From Bacillota bacterium (lineage in GTDB: Bacteria; Bacillota; Sulfobacillia; Sulfobacillales; Sulfobacillaceae), in contig JAJYTS010000001.1 in assembly GCA_021792935.1 (NCBI GenBank), positions 72 to 64,071 on the forward strand: a stretch of 64,000 bases of DNA. Direction: 5' to 3'. Made by a program: the position numbers and the translations under genes. Below, in pieces: positions 10,000-20,850 of the stretch; position 1 is the stretch's first letter, and each line of letters starts with the position of its first letter. Below the pieces are notes generated by a model. It ran no database searches, was not told the DNA's origin, and worked only from the letters and a program-made list of their open reading frames with translations.

Positions 10000-10720
10000 G
10001 GCTGCCACTCCACTCTTGATCATCCTCGGCCAGCACTACCGTAATATTATCGGGTCCCCCCCGGTGAAGTGCGAGATCAATCAAGGCGTCCACCAGCGAC
10101 TGCCCGGACAGCGGGCGACTTACCCGGACAATGTCTTCGTCGCTAAGAACCGCTGTGAGCCCATCGGTGCACAGGAGCAAACGACTGCGGGAATCCCAGG
10201 GAATCTCAGACGCATCCATGCGAACGCGATCAAAGGGTCCGACCACGCGGGTGAGGACATTTCGGTTTGGATGGCGCCGCGCTTCATCGGCGGTAATCCC
10301 TCCGGCGGCTTCCATCTCTCCCGCTATCGAATGGTCCACAGTTAGCCGCACCAAGTGATCGTCCACGAGCTGATATGCCCGGGAATCGCCCACATGCACT
10401 ACCAACAATCGCTGCGGAAATACCACTGCGGAGGTTAAGGTGGTCCCCATTCCCGTCAACGATTGATCGCGTTGACCAGACTCGAAAACGCGCCGGTTCG
10501 CCTGAGACGCCGCCGCAACGAGCCCACCAATGTCCAAAACATCCTTTACGATAGCGGCATCCAACGTTTCCAAGGCGATACGACTCGCCTCCTGACCAGC
10601 GGGGCCACCCCCCACACCATCGGCTACCGCTACCAGCACCCCGTCGCCGTTTACGGCGCGCATCAAATAGGCATCCTCATTGTTGGGCCGTTTTAGCCCC
10701 CGATGACTTTGCCCAAACAT
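9989..10720 (-). CDS. prpC: PP2C Ser/Thr phosphatase (Stp1/PrpC)
   Basis: RPNNEDA, VADGVGG, HVGDSRAY, LLCTDGL, GGPDNIT. Confidence 0.95.
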   Translation of the reverse strand: MFGQSHRGLKRPNNEDAYLMRAVNGDGVLVAVADGVGGGPAGQEASRIALETLDAAIVKDVLDIGGLVAAASQANRRVFESGQRDQSLTGMGTTLTSAVVFPQRLLVVHVGDSRAYQLVDDHLVRLTVDHSIAGEMEAAGGITADEARRHPNRNVLTRVVGPFDRVRMDASEIPWDSRSRLLLCTDGLTAVLSDEDIVRVSRPLSGQSLVDALIDLALHRGGPDNITVVLAEDDQEWSGSHGG

Positions 10721-10722
10721 CC

Positions 10723-11787
10723 TTAGGGCGATACCGGCTCCTCCTCCCGCAGCCGCAACTGACCGCATGCCGCGTCAATCTCTTGACCTAATTCTCTCCG
10801 TATCGTACAAGATATTCCGTATTCTTGCACGATGCTTTGAAAACGTCGAACATGGGCTTTAGGTGACGGCTGAAACGGATGCTCTGCCACGGGATTCCAG
10901 GGAATAAGATTAACGTGTGCCCCAAATCCGCCAATAAGCCGCCCCAATTCATGCGCCTCTTTCTCACCGTCATTGACGTCTTTAAGCAGCAAATATTCAA
11001 ACGTCACCCGTCGGCCGGTCTTCTCGGCGTAATAGCGACTCATGGGAATGAGCTGATCCAACGGATAGGCGCGATTGACGGGCATGAGGGAAAGCCGCAG
11101 GGCATCATTGGGGGCATGCAAGGAAACGGCCAGGGTGACTGGTTTGCCGCTATCCGCGAGGTGCTTAATGGCGGGTACGAGACCACTGGTGGAAACGGTA
11201 ATGTGACGATAGCTAAGATTCATCCCTTGAGAATGATGCGCCAATTCCAGAAATTGCATAAGCGCCTCCAAATTATCCAGAGGCTCACCAATACCCATAA
11301 CATCGACACGGCTGACCCGGGCTTGGCGCTCGGCTAATACGTGATTGCCGAAGGAAACCTGATCAGCCATTTCTCCTGCCGACAGCTGCCGAACTCTTCC
11401 CTTGAGCCCGGACGCGCAAAATTTGCAGCCCATGGCACATCCTACTTGTGAGGAGATGCAGACGCTATAGCCAAACCGATGCGGCAGCAACACCGTTTCC
11501 ACCCGTTGCTTGTCCGCCATTTCCAGCAGCAGTTTGGTGGTGCCATCATGGGCGCGCTGGCTTTCCACCAAGCGCAAACGATGGAAAGGATATTCCTGCG
11601 CCATGCGCTGACGAAGTGGCTTGGGCCACACCGGAATTTCCTCATAAGAGCCTATCCCGTGGCGCCACAGCCATTCGAACAACTGCGCCCCGCGAAAGCG
11701 CGGCTGCCCTTCCCGCTCCATCAACCGCTCCAATTCCTCGACCGTCATCGACAGAACGTCATCCGGGCCTATGCGGATTTTTGCCAA
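10723..11787 (-). CDS. rlmN: Dual-specificity RNA methyltransferase RlmN (radical SAM)
   Basis: CISSQVGCAMGCKFCAS, MGIGEP, IDAACGQL; TTG start after AGGGGAG. Confidence 0.97.
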   Translation of the reverse strand: MAKIRIGPDDVLSMTVEELERLMEREGQPRFRGAQLFEWLWRHGIGSYEEIPVWPKPLRQRMAQEYPFHRLRLVESQRAHDGTTKLLLEMADKQRVETVLLPHRFGYSVCISSQVGCAMGCKFCASGLKGRVRQLSAGEMADQVSFGNHVLAERQARVSRVDVMGIGEPLDNLEALMQFLELAHHSQGMNLSYRHITVSTSGLVPAIKHLADSGKPVTLAVSLHAPNDALRLSLMPVNRAYPLDQLIPMSRYYAEKTGRRVTFEYLLLKDVNDGEKEAHELGRLIGGFGAHVNLIPWNPVAEHPFQPSPKAHVRRFQSIVQEYGISCTIRRELGQEIDAACGQLRLREEEPVSP

Positions 11788-13108
11788 CTTTATCTCCCCT
11801 TTTTCGAATACGGGCAATAAAAAATCCATCCATTTGCAAATCGCCCGGAGCCAGTACTAAACAGCTTTGTTGGACATATGACCGCAGTGCCGGATGCGGC
11901 AAAAACGGCCCCACATCTTCCAGCCATAAATCAGGCCACTTCTCCAGGGCCGCTTGCACCACCTCGCCCGTTTCCTCAGGTTCGGTGGAGCAGGTGCTGT
12001 AAACAATCACCCCGTCAGGCACCACCACTTGTCTTGCCGCTCCCAGCAGGGCAAGCTGGCGGGCCCGCAACTCGGGAAACCTTTCGGCCTGCTTTCCCCA
12101 GCGGGCGTCTACTCGCCGCCGCAAAACCCCTAATCCACTGCAAGGAGCGTCCAGAATCGCCCGGTCATAGAGCTCTTCGTGTGTTGGCGCATATTGTTGA
12201 GCCGGCATCGACACCATCATGGCCCGATCCGAGTAGCCGCAGCGGACCAAATTCTGCTGGTAGAGCTTTAAGCGCTGCTGGGATATGTCTAGACCCGTTA
12301 GCCGGATTCCCCTTTGGCGCTCCAACGCGTGAATGGCCTTGCCACCTACTCCGACGGCTAGATCAATGACCGCCTCGTCTTTTTGAACATCCAAAACCCA
12401 ATTGACCAACATACCGCTTTCGTCCTGGACAGTTACTATTCCCTCCTTAAAAGCGGCTAAATCCTCTAACCACAAGGCGCCGTCCACCCGAATTGCCTCG
12501 GGAAGATAGGGTGAGGCCATCGCCTTAAACCCTGCCTGCCGCAACTGTTCCAATACCTGATCACGAGTCGCGCGCTCCAGATTGACCCGCAGCATGATCG
12601 GCGCAATCTCATTGTCGGCCTGCAAAACCTTTTCAAGATTAGTCCCATAACGCTTCGCCCACCGTTTTACAATCCAATCGGGATGAGAATACCGTTCGCC
12701 CAATGATAGCGATTCTGGCGACGGCGGATGGCCTTGTCCTCGCCTTAGCACCGCATTAACCAGCCCTTTAGCGCCTGGCGCCCGGACTTTGGCTTGTTCC
12801 ACGGCCGCGTGAACCGCCGCGTAAGCTGGCACCCGGTCCAAAAAGCCTAATTGAAAAAAGGCGAGCCGCAAAATGTCGCGAACGGTGACATCGAGGGGCC
12901 CCTGACGCCACATGGTGATCCACGCGTCTAAGTAGCGTTGTTGGCGCAAGACGCCGTACACCAGTTGCGTTGCCAAGGCCCGATCCGGTCCCGCGAACGA
13001 TCGTGTTGACGCGAGCGCCGCACTCACATGAGCGCCCTGGTGAATCCGCGCCAGCGCGGCCAATGCCCCATCCCGGGCTCTCCCGCCCCCGCTCAACGAA
13101 GCATCCAC
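11759..13108 (-). CDS. rsmB: 16S rRNA m5C967 methyltransferase
   Basis: NusB-like N-terminus, SHPDW, VQDESG, DAPCSGLG, YSTCS, DGFFIA. Confidence 0.96.
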   Translation of the reverse strand: MDASLSGGGRARDGALAALARIHQGAHVSAALASTRSFAGPDRALATQLVYGVLRQQRYLDAWITMWRQGPLDVTVRDILRLAFFQLGFLDRVPAYAAVHAAVEQAKVRAPGAKGLVNAVLRRGQGHPPSPESLSLGERYSHPDWIVKRWAKRYGTNLEKVLQADNEIAPIMLRVNLERATRDQVLEQLRQAGFKAMASPYLPEAIRVDGALWLEDLAAFKEGIVTVQDESGMLVNWVLDVQKDEAVIDLAVGVGGKAIHALERQRGIRLTGLDISQQRLKLYQQNLVRCGYSDRAMMVSMPAQQYAPTHEELYDRAILDAPCSGLGVLRRRVDARWGKQAERFPELRARQLALLGAARQVVVPDGVIVYSTCSTEPEETGEVVQAALEKWPDLWLEDVGPFLPHPALRSYVQQSCLVLAPGDLQMDGFFIARIRKRGDKVGKNPHRPG

Positions 13109-14013
13109 TCAGATGGTCCGCGATGTCCCCGCTGATAGGCGGCCGGGGTCATGATACCGCGCCCCGCCGGTTGGATGGCCGATATTCTTAAAACGCCCTG
13201 GCCACACGCTATCAACCAATCCCCGCCGTCGGAATGGATGCGGCCTGGGTGTTCGAGCGTTTGCGAACTCACGGTTTGGGCCCGTAAAACTTTGAGACGC
13301 TGCCCATCCAACATGGCATAAGTGCCTGGCTCCGGCGTCATAGCGCGAATGTGCGCGTCGATTCGCTCCGCGTCCCGCCCCCAGTCAATATGGCCTTCAC
13401 TGGCCAAAAATTTAGGAGCCTGGGTGACCCCTTGCTGCGATTGCGGGTTGGAGGGAAAAATGTGTTGGGGAAAACGCTGGATGGTGTCCCGCCATAGCGT
13501 TGCCCCTAAGTCCGCCATCCTTTGGGTCAATGTGGCGGTGTTGTCATCGGGCGCTATCGCCACTGACGCGTGAGCCACAATGGGGCCGGTATCAATTCCC
13601 GCATCCATGGCCATCAAGGTGACGCCAGACACCGGGTCGCCTTCCCGTATCGCCCAGGCCACCGGGTTAGGTCCACGCCAGCGGGGAAGCAAAGAAGCGT
13701 GCAGATTGTATGCACCAAAGCGAGGCGCATCTAGAAGCCATGGGCGCAAAATGCGCCCGAAAGCCGCCGTGATAATATAATCGGGCTGAAAGGCGCGAAT
13801 GACCTCGGACACGTCCCGCATCCGATCGGGGCGCAATACGTCCATCCCCTGGGTGAGCGCCCACTCCGCGACCGCAGAGGGAGTCACGCGGCGATGCCGT
13901 CCCAAGGGCATATCCGGCTTTGTCACCACCAAAAACGTATGGGGAGGAAAGGCGATAAGCTCAAGGATGCGCCGCGCGTATTCCGGCGTACCCATAAACA
14001 CGATGCGAGACAC
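13093..14013 (-). CDS. fmt: Methionyl-tRNA formyltransferase
   Basis: IVFMGTP, NLHASLLPRWRG, GIDTGP. Confidence 0.97.
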   Translation of the reverse strand: MSRIVFMGTPEYARRILELIAFPPHTFLVVTKPDMPLGRHRRVTPSAVAEWALTQGMDVLRPDRMRDVSEVIRAFQPDYIITAAFGRILRPWLLDAPRFGAYNLHASLLPRWRGPNPVAWAIREGDPVSGVTLMAMDAGIDTGPIVAHASVAIAPDDNTATLTQRMADLGATLWRDTIQRFPQHIFPSNPQSQQGVTQAPKFLASEGHIDWGRDAERIDAHIRAMTPEPGTYAMLDGQRLKVLRAQTVSSQTLEHPGRIHSDGGDWLIACGQGVLRISAIQPAGRGIMTPAAYQRGHRGPSEWMLR

Positions 14014-14035
14014 AAAATCTCCCCCCAAAAATAAT

Positions 14036-16189
14036 CTACATTAAAAGATACGGGTCGCGGGTGATGCGAAGACCCGCCAAGCGATTCTGCAATTCTTTAA
14101 GATGGGGCACCACCGATTGCTTCCCCGGGTCCGCAAAATGTTTAAGCAAAACATGATAGCGATAGCGACCCCGCACTCGCGACAACGGCGCCGGCGCCGG
14201 ACCCAACACCTCGTCGCCCGGCCACCCGGCCCGCAGTGCCTCAGCCCCCTGACGGGCGCTTTCCGCAACCGCCGCCCGATCCTCCCCTTCAAAAGCCAAC
14301 AGCCATAATTGAGAAAAAGGCGGATAGCGAGTGGCACTTCTAAAGGCTATTTCTTCCTCATAGAACGCGGAATAATCATGGGTCTTGGCCAATTTTATCG
14401 CATAATGGTCCGGATTGTAGGACTGAATCACCACGCGCCCGGGAATATCAGCCCGCCCTGACCGTCCCCCCGCCTGCACCAATAATTGAAAAGTACGCTC
14501 GGCGCTGCGAAAGTCCGGAAGATGAAGGGCGGTATCCGCCGCCACCACACCGACCAGCCCCACCCGAGGAAAATCCATCCCTTTGGCAATCATTTGCGTG
14601 CCGACCAGCACATCCGCCTCGCCTCGATAAAATTGATGATATAACGTGGCGTAATCTTGGGGGTCCTTCAAAACATCGCGATCAGCCCGCAATAGGCGCG
14701 CCTGCGGGAACAAGGCCCGCACTTCCTCTACCACCCTCTCAGTGCCCGCGCCAAAATAGCGAATCTTTTCGCTCCCGCATTCCGGACAGCGCTTGGGTAG
14801 GGGGAATTGGCGAAGGCAGTAATGACAGGCAAGCCGCTCTTCTTGTTGATGATAGGTGAGGGACACAGCGCAATCGGGGCACTCCAGAGCCTGCCCACAC
14901 GACCGGCATAAAACAAATGTTGAATAGCCGCGCCGATTTAAAAATAAAATGATTTGCTCATCTCGAGCTCGTGCCCGTGACATCTCGTCCTGAAGCAACC
15001 GGCTAAAAATGTGACGATTGCCCTCTTTGAGCTCATCCCGCATATCCACAATCTCGACCGTGGGCATGGTGCGCCCGAGGACTCGTCGGGGAATCTGAAC
15101 ATGGCCCATTTCCCCCGATTGCGCTTTATAGCGAGATTCAAGAGAAGGCGTAGCACTTCCCAAGACCACCAACGCGCCTTCCCGCTTTCCGCGCCACAAT
15201 GCCACCTCGCGGGTGTGATAGCGGGGATGCTCCTCCTGCTTATAGCTGGGTTCGTGCTCTTCGTCGATGACAATCACCGCCAAGGCTGTAAACGGGAGGA
15301 AAATAGCGGAACGGGCACCGACCACCACTTTTAAGCGGCCTTGTCGAACCGCTTCCCAAGTCTGTCTGCGCTCGTCCTGGGAAAGCCCTGAATGCCACAC
15401 CGCCACCCCGGAGCCAAAGCGACCGCGAAAACGCGTGACGGTCTGCGGGGTTAAGGCGATTTCCGGCAGCAATACCAGGGCCTGCTTTCCTCGTTCCAAG
15501 GCATCCGCAATAAGTGCCAAGTAAACTTCCGTCTTTCCCGACCCGGTAACCCCTTCTAAGAGCCAGGAGGTCGCCGGCTCCTGCAAAAATGACCGAAGCG
15601 CCCGATCTTGTTCCGGCGTTAAGGGATGAGGCGTCGTCAAAGCCGCGATGTCCTGAGGAGGAAGCGGCATCACCTCCACCACGTTCTCCTGAATTAAAGC
15701 GTGTAAGGCTGGTCCCGCCTGGGGAAAAGCGTCCAAAAGAGTGCGGCGGTCGACGGCGCCACAGCGGGCGATATACTCAAATAAAGACTGTTTGCGGGAC
15801 GGACGCCCTTGACGGGTGCCCTGAACCCGGTACCAGGTCTGGCTGGGGCGCGTCCTTTTACTCTTGCGCACCGAGGCGGGAATCATCGCGCGCAGCGCCT
15901 GCGGCAAGTAACAGAGATAACGTTCGCACATCCACTCCGCTAGTTCCAGCAATGGCGGCGTCACGACGGGCTCGGCGTCGCGGATGCCGACAATATCTTT
16001 AAGGCCGGAAATAGCTAGGCCGCTGTAAACGCGCCGGACCACCCCCGCAACCACCGTCCCCCGAAAAGGAACGCTGACAAGCTGGCCTATCGCGATGCTG
16101 TTTTGCAACACGTCCGGTATACGGTAAGTAAACGCGCGGTCCAATGCTTCCGCTACCCGGTCAATAATGACGTCGGCTAACGGTTCCAA
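14036..16189 (-). CDS. priA: Primosomal protein N'
   Basis: GVTGSGKTEVY, DEEHE, four CxxC pairs, GTQMIAKG. Confidence 0.97.
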   Translation of the reverse strand: MEPLADVIIDRVAEALDRAFTYRIPDVLQNSIAIGQLVSVPFRGTVVAGVVRRVYSGLAISGLKDIVGIRDAEPVVTPPLLELAEWMCERYLCYLPQALRAMIPASVRKSKRTRPSQTWYRVQGTRQGRPSRKQSLFEYIARCGAVDRRTLLDAFPQAGPALHALIQENVVEVMPLPPQDIAALTTPHPLTPEQDRALRSFLQEPATSWLLEGVTGSGKTEVYLALIADALERGKQALVLLPEIALTPQTVTRFRGRFGSGVAVWHSGLSQDERRQTWEAVRQGRLKVVVGARSAIFLPFTALAVIVIDEEHEPSYKQEEHPRYHTREVALWRGKREGALVVLGSATPSLESRYKAQSGEMGHVQIPRRVLGRTMPTVEIVDMRDELKEGNRHIFSRLLQDEMSRARARDEQIILFLNRRGYSTFVLCRSCGQALECPDCAVSLTYHQQEERLACHYCLRQFPLPKRCPECGSEKIRYFGAGTERVVEEVRALFPQARLLRADRDVLKDPQDYATLYHQFYRGEADVLVGTQMIAKGMDFPRVGLVGVVAADTALHLPDFRSAERTFQLLVQAGGRSGRADIPGRVVIQSYNPDHYAIKLAKTHDYSAFYEEEIAFRSATRYPPFSQLWLLAFEGEDRAAVAESARQGAEALRAGWPGDEVLGPAPAPLSRVRGRYRYHVLLKHFADPGKQSVVPHLKELQNRLAGLRITRDPYLLM

Positions 16190-17373
16190 CCGCCGTCTCC
16201 TTGGACCCGGCGGGAAATCCAATCGAGCAGTTGTTCGGCCGTGTCTTGCTTGGTTCCCCCAGTCATGGCGTCCACTCCATCGGCCGTTACCAACCAGGCC
16301 TCATGCTTGGCCTCGCCAAATCCGTGCCGCCCTCCCACGACATTCGCCACCATGGCGTCCAAGCCTTTCGCCTGGCGCTTTTCTTGCGCTTGCCGGACAG
16401 CATCTTCCGTTTGAGCGGCAAAGCCGATGATAAGCTTTTGCCCCCCATATCGCTGGGCTACATCCCGAATAATATCGGGGTTGGGCTCCATGCGCCAGGT
16501 CAGACTTAACGATTCTTTAGGAGCCTTCCGCGCCAACTGTTCCGCGGGTCGGAAATCCGAGACGGCGGCCGCCCCCACAAAGATATCCACATCCGGCATG
16601 CGCGAATGAACCGCTTCCGCCATCTGCAAAGCCGTTGTGACGCCAAGTTGTTCCACCGCGGCATGGGCAGGGGCAATCACCGACGGGCCTTTTACCAGAA
16701 CCACGCGAGCCCCGCGGCGGGCGGCCTGGTTGGCGATTAATACTCCCATGAGACCCGTGGATGGGTTGGTCAGCAACCGGACTGGATCAAATGGCTCCCA
16801 GGTCGAACCGGCCGTAATCAGCATCCGCAGCCCTGATAAGTCGTGGGGCGCGGTGACGTCACCAAGCCGCTCCAGCACCTCGGCCGGCTCCGCCATGCGA
16901 CCCGGCCCAATCCGCCCGGACGCCAACCGCCCTTCACCAGGACCCACCATTACCACACCATCATCGTTAAGAATTCGCGCATTGGCCTGAGTGCGGGGAT
17001 GCCGCCACATGTCCGGCTCCATGGCCGGCGCCATGATAACATGACCGCGAAATCCCAAATAGACGAGGCTCAGCATATCATCGGCCAACCCCGTGGCTAG
17101 CCTCGCCATTAAAGAAGCGGTGGCGGGCGCGATAATCAAGGCATCAGCCCAATGTGACAAGGCAATGTGCGACAAGGCCCCTTCCGGCTCGTCCACCACG
17201 CTCGTGGAAACGGGATGACCGCTCAAGGCCCGAAAAGTCATTGGGGCCACGAATTCCGCCGCCTTCGGTGTCAGGATTACGCGGACCTCATGTCCGGACT
17301 GCACCAACCTGCTCACCAATTCGCAAGACTTGTAAGCGGCGATGCCTCCGGACACCCCGACTAGCACACGCAT
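16177..17373 (-). CDS. coaBC: Phosphopantothenoylcysteine decarboxylase/synthase
   Basis: GVSGGIAAYK, APATA, DPVRLLTNPSTG, AAVSDF. Confidence 0.96.
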   Translation of the reverse strand: MRVLVGVSGGIAAYKSCELVSRLVQSGHEVRVILTPKAAEFVAPMTFRALSGHPVSTSVVDEPEGALSHIALSHWADALIIAPATASLMARLATGLADDMLSLVYLGFRGHVIMAPAMEPDMWRHPRTQANARILNDDGVVMVGPGEGRLASGRIGPGRMAEPAEVLERLGDVTAPHDLSGLRMLITAGSTWEPFDPVRLLTNPSTGLMGVLIANQAARRGARVVLVKGPSVIAPAHAAVEQLGVTTALQMAEAVHSRMPDVDIFVGAAAVSDFRPAEQLARKAPKESLSLTWRMEPNPDIIRDVAQRYGGQKLIIGFAAQTEDAVRQAQEKRQAKGLDAMVANVVGGRHGFGEAKHEAWLVTADGVDAMTGGTKQDTAEQLLDWISRRVQGDGGWNR

Positions 17374-17583
17374 CTATTTTATGCCGGACGGCGGCACTTC
17401 AACCGATACCAAACCCCGCTGTATTTCTTCTAAGGCAATAGTAACCGGCTTGGTCGCTTGCACATCGACCAGTGGCTGGTAACCATCCATAATCGCGCGA
17501 CCACGCCGGGCAGCCGCCACCACTAGGGCGTACTTGCTCTTCGTTTCATTAACCAGCTCTTGCACCGAACTTACCTTAGCCAC
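17374..17583 (-). CDS. rpoZ: RNA polymerase omega subunit
   Basis: SKYALVVAAARRGR...KPVTIALEEI. Confidence 0.95.
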   Translation of the reverse strand: MAKVSSVQELVNETKSKYALVVAAARRGRAIMDGYQPLVDVQATKPVTIALEEIQRGLVSVEVPPSGIK

Positions 17584-17584
17584 G

Positions 17585-17863
17585 CTATTCCTCGTCCTCC
17601 TCGTCCTCATCGTTGTCCACCGGCCGTGCGGTTAAACGATTGGCCACAGTCTCCGGTTGAACCGCGGACAAAATCACGTGCTCGCTATCGGTGATAATGA
17701 CGGCCCGGGTCCGGCGCCCATAAGTGGAATCGATCAGTACCCCACGATCCCGAGCCTCCGTGATTATGCGTTTGATGGGAGCGGAATCGGGGCTAACAAT
17801 GGCAACAATACGATTGGCCGACACAATATTCCCAAAGCCGATATTCACGAGCTTGATGTCCAA
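17585..17863 (-). CDS. remA: Extracellular matrix regulator RemA (DUF370)
   Basis: [28 protein letters not shown]...[28 protein letters not shown]. Confidence 0.96.
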   Translation of the reverse strand: MDIKLVNIGFGNIVSANRIVAIVSPDSAPIKRIITEARDRGVLIDSTYGRRTRAVIITDSEHVILSAVQPETVANRLTARPVDNDEDEEDEE

Positions 17864-17909
17864 ACTGGATCCTCCCCCCCGTCTCCCCGGCGCCTGTTTT
17901 CTCGATGGT

Positions 17910-17939
17910 ATCGTACGAAAAAATAATTGGCGCTGTCAA
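17910..17939 (-). promoter_or_regulatory. Sigma-A-type promoter for the remA-rpoZ-coaBC operon
   Basis: TTGACA (17939-17934), 18-nt spacer, TACGAT (17915-17910). Confidence 0.6.
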
Positions 17940-17963
17940 TTAATCTCTAGCCGTCCTCCCCGT

Positions 17964-18758
17964 CTATTGACGAAAGGGTTCCAGCCAAATCACCAGCAGC
18001 CATGAGCACACGCAGTAGATGCCGTACACGGCCACCCCTCGGCCCAGCGACGACCAGTTCAAGGGAACGCCCAACACATCCGCAGCACGGGAAAAATAGT
18101 CCGTTAGGAAGAGCTGCTGTGCCTCTGGCATGATGGGGAAGTCCCCTAAAAGCGCCATGAAAAGCAGTCCTCCCATCATTACCATCACGGTAGACACAGT
18201 ATGGCGGGAAAATGCGCTCACACACAGCGCCAGGGAGGCCACCGCGGTCTGTCCGGCACTACAGTAGGCGAACAGCACCAACAGGAGACGGATCAAGTCG
18301 GTAGAGGATGCCACCGTCCCTGCCGGTAAAATGGCGGCCCGCCATCCGAACAGGGCCAAGCCCCCCACTAGGCTCGACCCCACCAATACCGCCACGGCAA
18401 GCCAGGCATACGTGACCGCGATGAGCCATTTGGCAAAGTAAAGTCGCCAGGGGGGTATGCCCTGGGTTAACAACATAAACCAGGTGCCAGACTGCCGCTC
18501 CCCAGAAATGGCATCGCCACTCACCATGGTGACAAAGAAAGGCAACAGCACCAGGCTTGATACCGCCACCGCCAGCACCGGCACAAAAAAACTGTTAGGG
18601 ATCTCTTGGCCCACCAGCGCTTGTAGTGGTGACTGCTGACGTAGATGCTCGTAGACATAAGCAAACAGAAGGCCCATGCCCGCGAGGGACGCTAGCGACC
18701 CCCAGAACCGCCATAAATGAGTTTGCCGACGCCACTCCCATCTAACGCACGTCCACAT
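17964..18758 (-). CDS. ABC-2 type transporter permease
   Basis: DAISGERQSGTW..LLTQ motif; about six TM helices. Confidence 0.88.
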   Translation of the reverse strand: MWTCVRWEWRRQTHLWRFWGSLASLAGMGLLFAYVYEHLRQQSPLQALVGQEIPNSFFVPVLAVAVSSLVLLPFFVTMVSGDAISGERQSGTWFMLLTQGIPPWRLYFAKWLIAVTYAWLAVAVLVGSSLVGGLALFGWRAAILPAGTVASSTDLIRLLLVLFAYCSAGQTAVASLALCVSAFSRHTVSTVMVMMGGLLFMALLGDFPIMPEAQQLFLTDYFSRAADVLGVPLNWSSLGRGVAVYGIYCVCSWLLVIWLEPFRQ

Positions 18759-19662
18759 GACTATCCCCCAGATAGCGCAAAAGCCGCGACTCGAGACTGG
18801 CGCTGCGGATGACTACCGTACGAATCCGAAACCCTTGTTGAATAAGAATGCGATTAACTTCCTCCAGATCCCGGGCCGGGCTCCATAAGGCCAAGACCCG
18901 GTCAGAGGACGGGCAGCGAGCCCAGATTCCCAAACCGCGGAGAAAAGCCACGGCAGGTCCGGCGGGATAAATTTCCCACAGAACTTCCTCTCCTCGATCT
19001 TTACCTAAATCTGCCGGAGACCCGAAATACCGAAGCCAGCCACCGTCAAACACGGCGATCTGATCACATAGCCGCTCAACGTCTTGCATCAAGTGGCTTG
19101 ACATAATAAAGGTCGCGCCTAATTCCTGACGCGCCTGCTCAATGACTCCGCGCATTTCTTCCAACCTCGCGGGGTCCAGTCCATCCTGCGGCTCATCCAA
19201 GACCATTAATCCCGGCCTTTTTAGCAACGCCACGGCAATCCCCAACCGTTGCCGCATTCCGTGTGAGAATCCCCCCACCTTATTCAAGCGGGCCTCATAC
19301 AAATGGACAGCCTGTAGAACCTCGATCACCCGTTGGCGCGGGCAACCCGTTAAGTCTGCCAACATGGCCAAATTTTCCGCCGCGCTCAAATAAGGGTAGA
19401 ACCGTGGAAGATCCACGAATCCGCCGACATCAACCATAGCCCGCTCAGGGCGCGGCCACAGCGCCACACCATTGAGCCAAATGTTTCCACGGGTAGGCCG
19501 GGACAGTCCCAACAACAGCCGCAGCAAAGTTGACTTCCCCGCTCCATTAGGGCCAACGAGTCCCAGCGCACTTCCCGGCGCAACATGAAACGACATATCG
19601 TGCAAACCCACTTTTCGTCCATAACGCTTAACGACATGGACAACATCAACCGTTACCGCCAT
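18742..19662 (-). CDS. ABC transporter ATP-binding protein (BcrA-like)
   Basis: GPNGAGKST, FSHGMRQRLG, LDEP, SSH. Confidence 0.93.
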   Translation of the reverse strand: MAVTVDVVHVVKRYGRKVGLHDMSFHVAPGSALGLVGPNGAGKSTLLRLLLGLSRPTRGNIWLNGVALWPRPERAMVDVGGFVDLPRFYPYLSAAENLAMLADLTGCPRQRVIEVLQAVHLYEARLNKVGGFSHGMRQRLGIAVALLKRPGLMVLDEPQDGLDPARLEEMRGVIEQARQELGATFIMSSHLMQDVERLCDQIAVFDGGWLRYFGSPADLGKDRGEEVLWEIYPAGPAVAFLRGLGIWARCPSSDRVLALWSPARDLEEVNRILIQQGFRIRTVVIRSASLESRLLRYLGDSHVDVR

Positions 19663-20726
19663 GCGGCTTTGGCCCATTGCGCCACGATGGCTTGCGGGCG
19701 GCTGCTGAAAAGCGTGACCTCACGCCCGTGGCGGTGAAACGTCACAATGGCGAAAATCCCGTCCGTCACACCCCGACCACCCGGCAAAGCGGATACCGGA
19801 TGCAGGAATGGGGCGCCAGGGCCCTTAAATGCCGCGGCGGCGGTATCCACCACCAAGACGCGTCCCGCTCCGGTGCCATAAACCGCCAACGCGTTATCGC
19901 CCACCTGATGCTGACTCGACCGAGCCAATGGACCCAGAGTTGGAGGGAACCGAATGGCAGGGTAGGATCCGGACAAAGAGCTCACCTTTCCTACTACCGC
20001 AGCGATGATCGGGGAAACCCTCCAGGCTACTTGGCGCCCAGCCGTCGGAAGATTGGCACCCTCTCCCGGGGGACCAAGAGTTAACCGCTGGGCTCTGGCC
20101 ATGAATGCCACATCGCCGGCTGCGTTCTTCACCCGCATGCCAAGAGGCACAAAGCTGGAACCATCAAACCAATAAGTCAGCGACCCCCACAATGTTCCTG
20201 GCAGTAAGGGGGTTAACGTGACCCGATAAGCGGGGCGGCCGTCAAAGCGCAGAACCTTTACGGAAGAATGCCATGTCTTAAAGGAGGGCAATCCCCAGGG
20301 AGCCCATGTGGCCATTCCCTTGGGCAAGACTTCTACCGTCCGCTCATTGTCCGCCGCGACATACGCTATTACTTTGGCGCCACGTCGCGCCACCACGCCA
20401 ACAACGGCATTGTTGTCATTTAATTCCTGAAGCCGCCACCGCTTGGGGCTTTCTTCATAAAGTGCCACCGTATGCACGGAGGAATCTGGCACAGGCAAGT
20501 TCAACAGTCGCGGGATGTTTAAACTTTGCGGCAGCAAATTGTTTTGATAGGCCAGTATTTCTGAGAATTCCACCCGATCCAAGGCTCTATGCGCCTTGCG
20601 AAAAACCTGGGGAACGGTTAAACGCGGCAACAGGGATGGTGAGGGGCGTAAAAACCGGTAATAGAACCCCAGTCCCGCGCCTAATACCGCCAAAGTGCCA
20701 AACCCCAACCATTTTCTCGTATCCAT
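19653..20726 (-). CDS. Membrane-anchored LolA/RseB-like protein
   Basis: N-terminal TM; beta-rich segments YEESPKRWRLQ and GRPAYRVTLTP...LTYWFDGSSFVPLGMRV resemble LolA-like folds; overlaps the ABC ATPase start. Confidence 0.55.
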   Translation of the reverse strand: MDTRKWLGFGTLAVLGAGLGFYYRFLRPSPSLLPRLTVPQVFRKAHRALDRVEFSEILAYQNNLLPQSLNIPRLLNLPVPDSSVHTVALYEESPKRWRLQELNDNNAVVGVVARRGAKVIAYVAADNERTVEVLPKGMATWAPWGLPSFKTWHSSVKVLRFDGRPAYRVTLTPLLPGTLWGSLTYWFDGSSFVPLGMRVKNAAGDVAFMARAQRLTLGPPGEGANLPTAGRQVAWRVSPIIAAVVGKVSSLSGSYPAIRFPPTLGPLARSSQHQVGDNALAVYGTGAGRVLVVDTAAAAFKGPGAPFLHPVSALPGGRGVTDGIFAIVTFHRHGREVTLFSSRPQAIVAQWAKAAWR

Positions 20727-20850
20727 GGCGGTCCCCCCTATGGTCACCCATAGTTTACCCCGCCTGCCAGCACCTCACTCCTCTTCCATAATATTTCGCG
20801 CCGGCACCTATGCTATACTGGCCCCAAAGAATCTCACAAGGAGCGCTCCA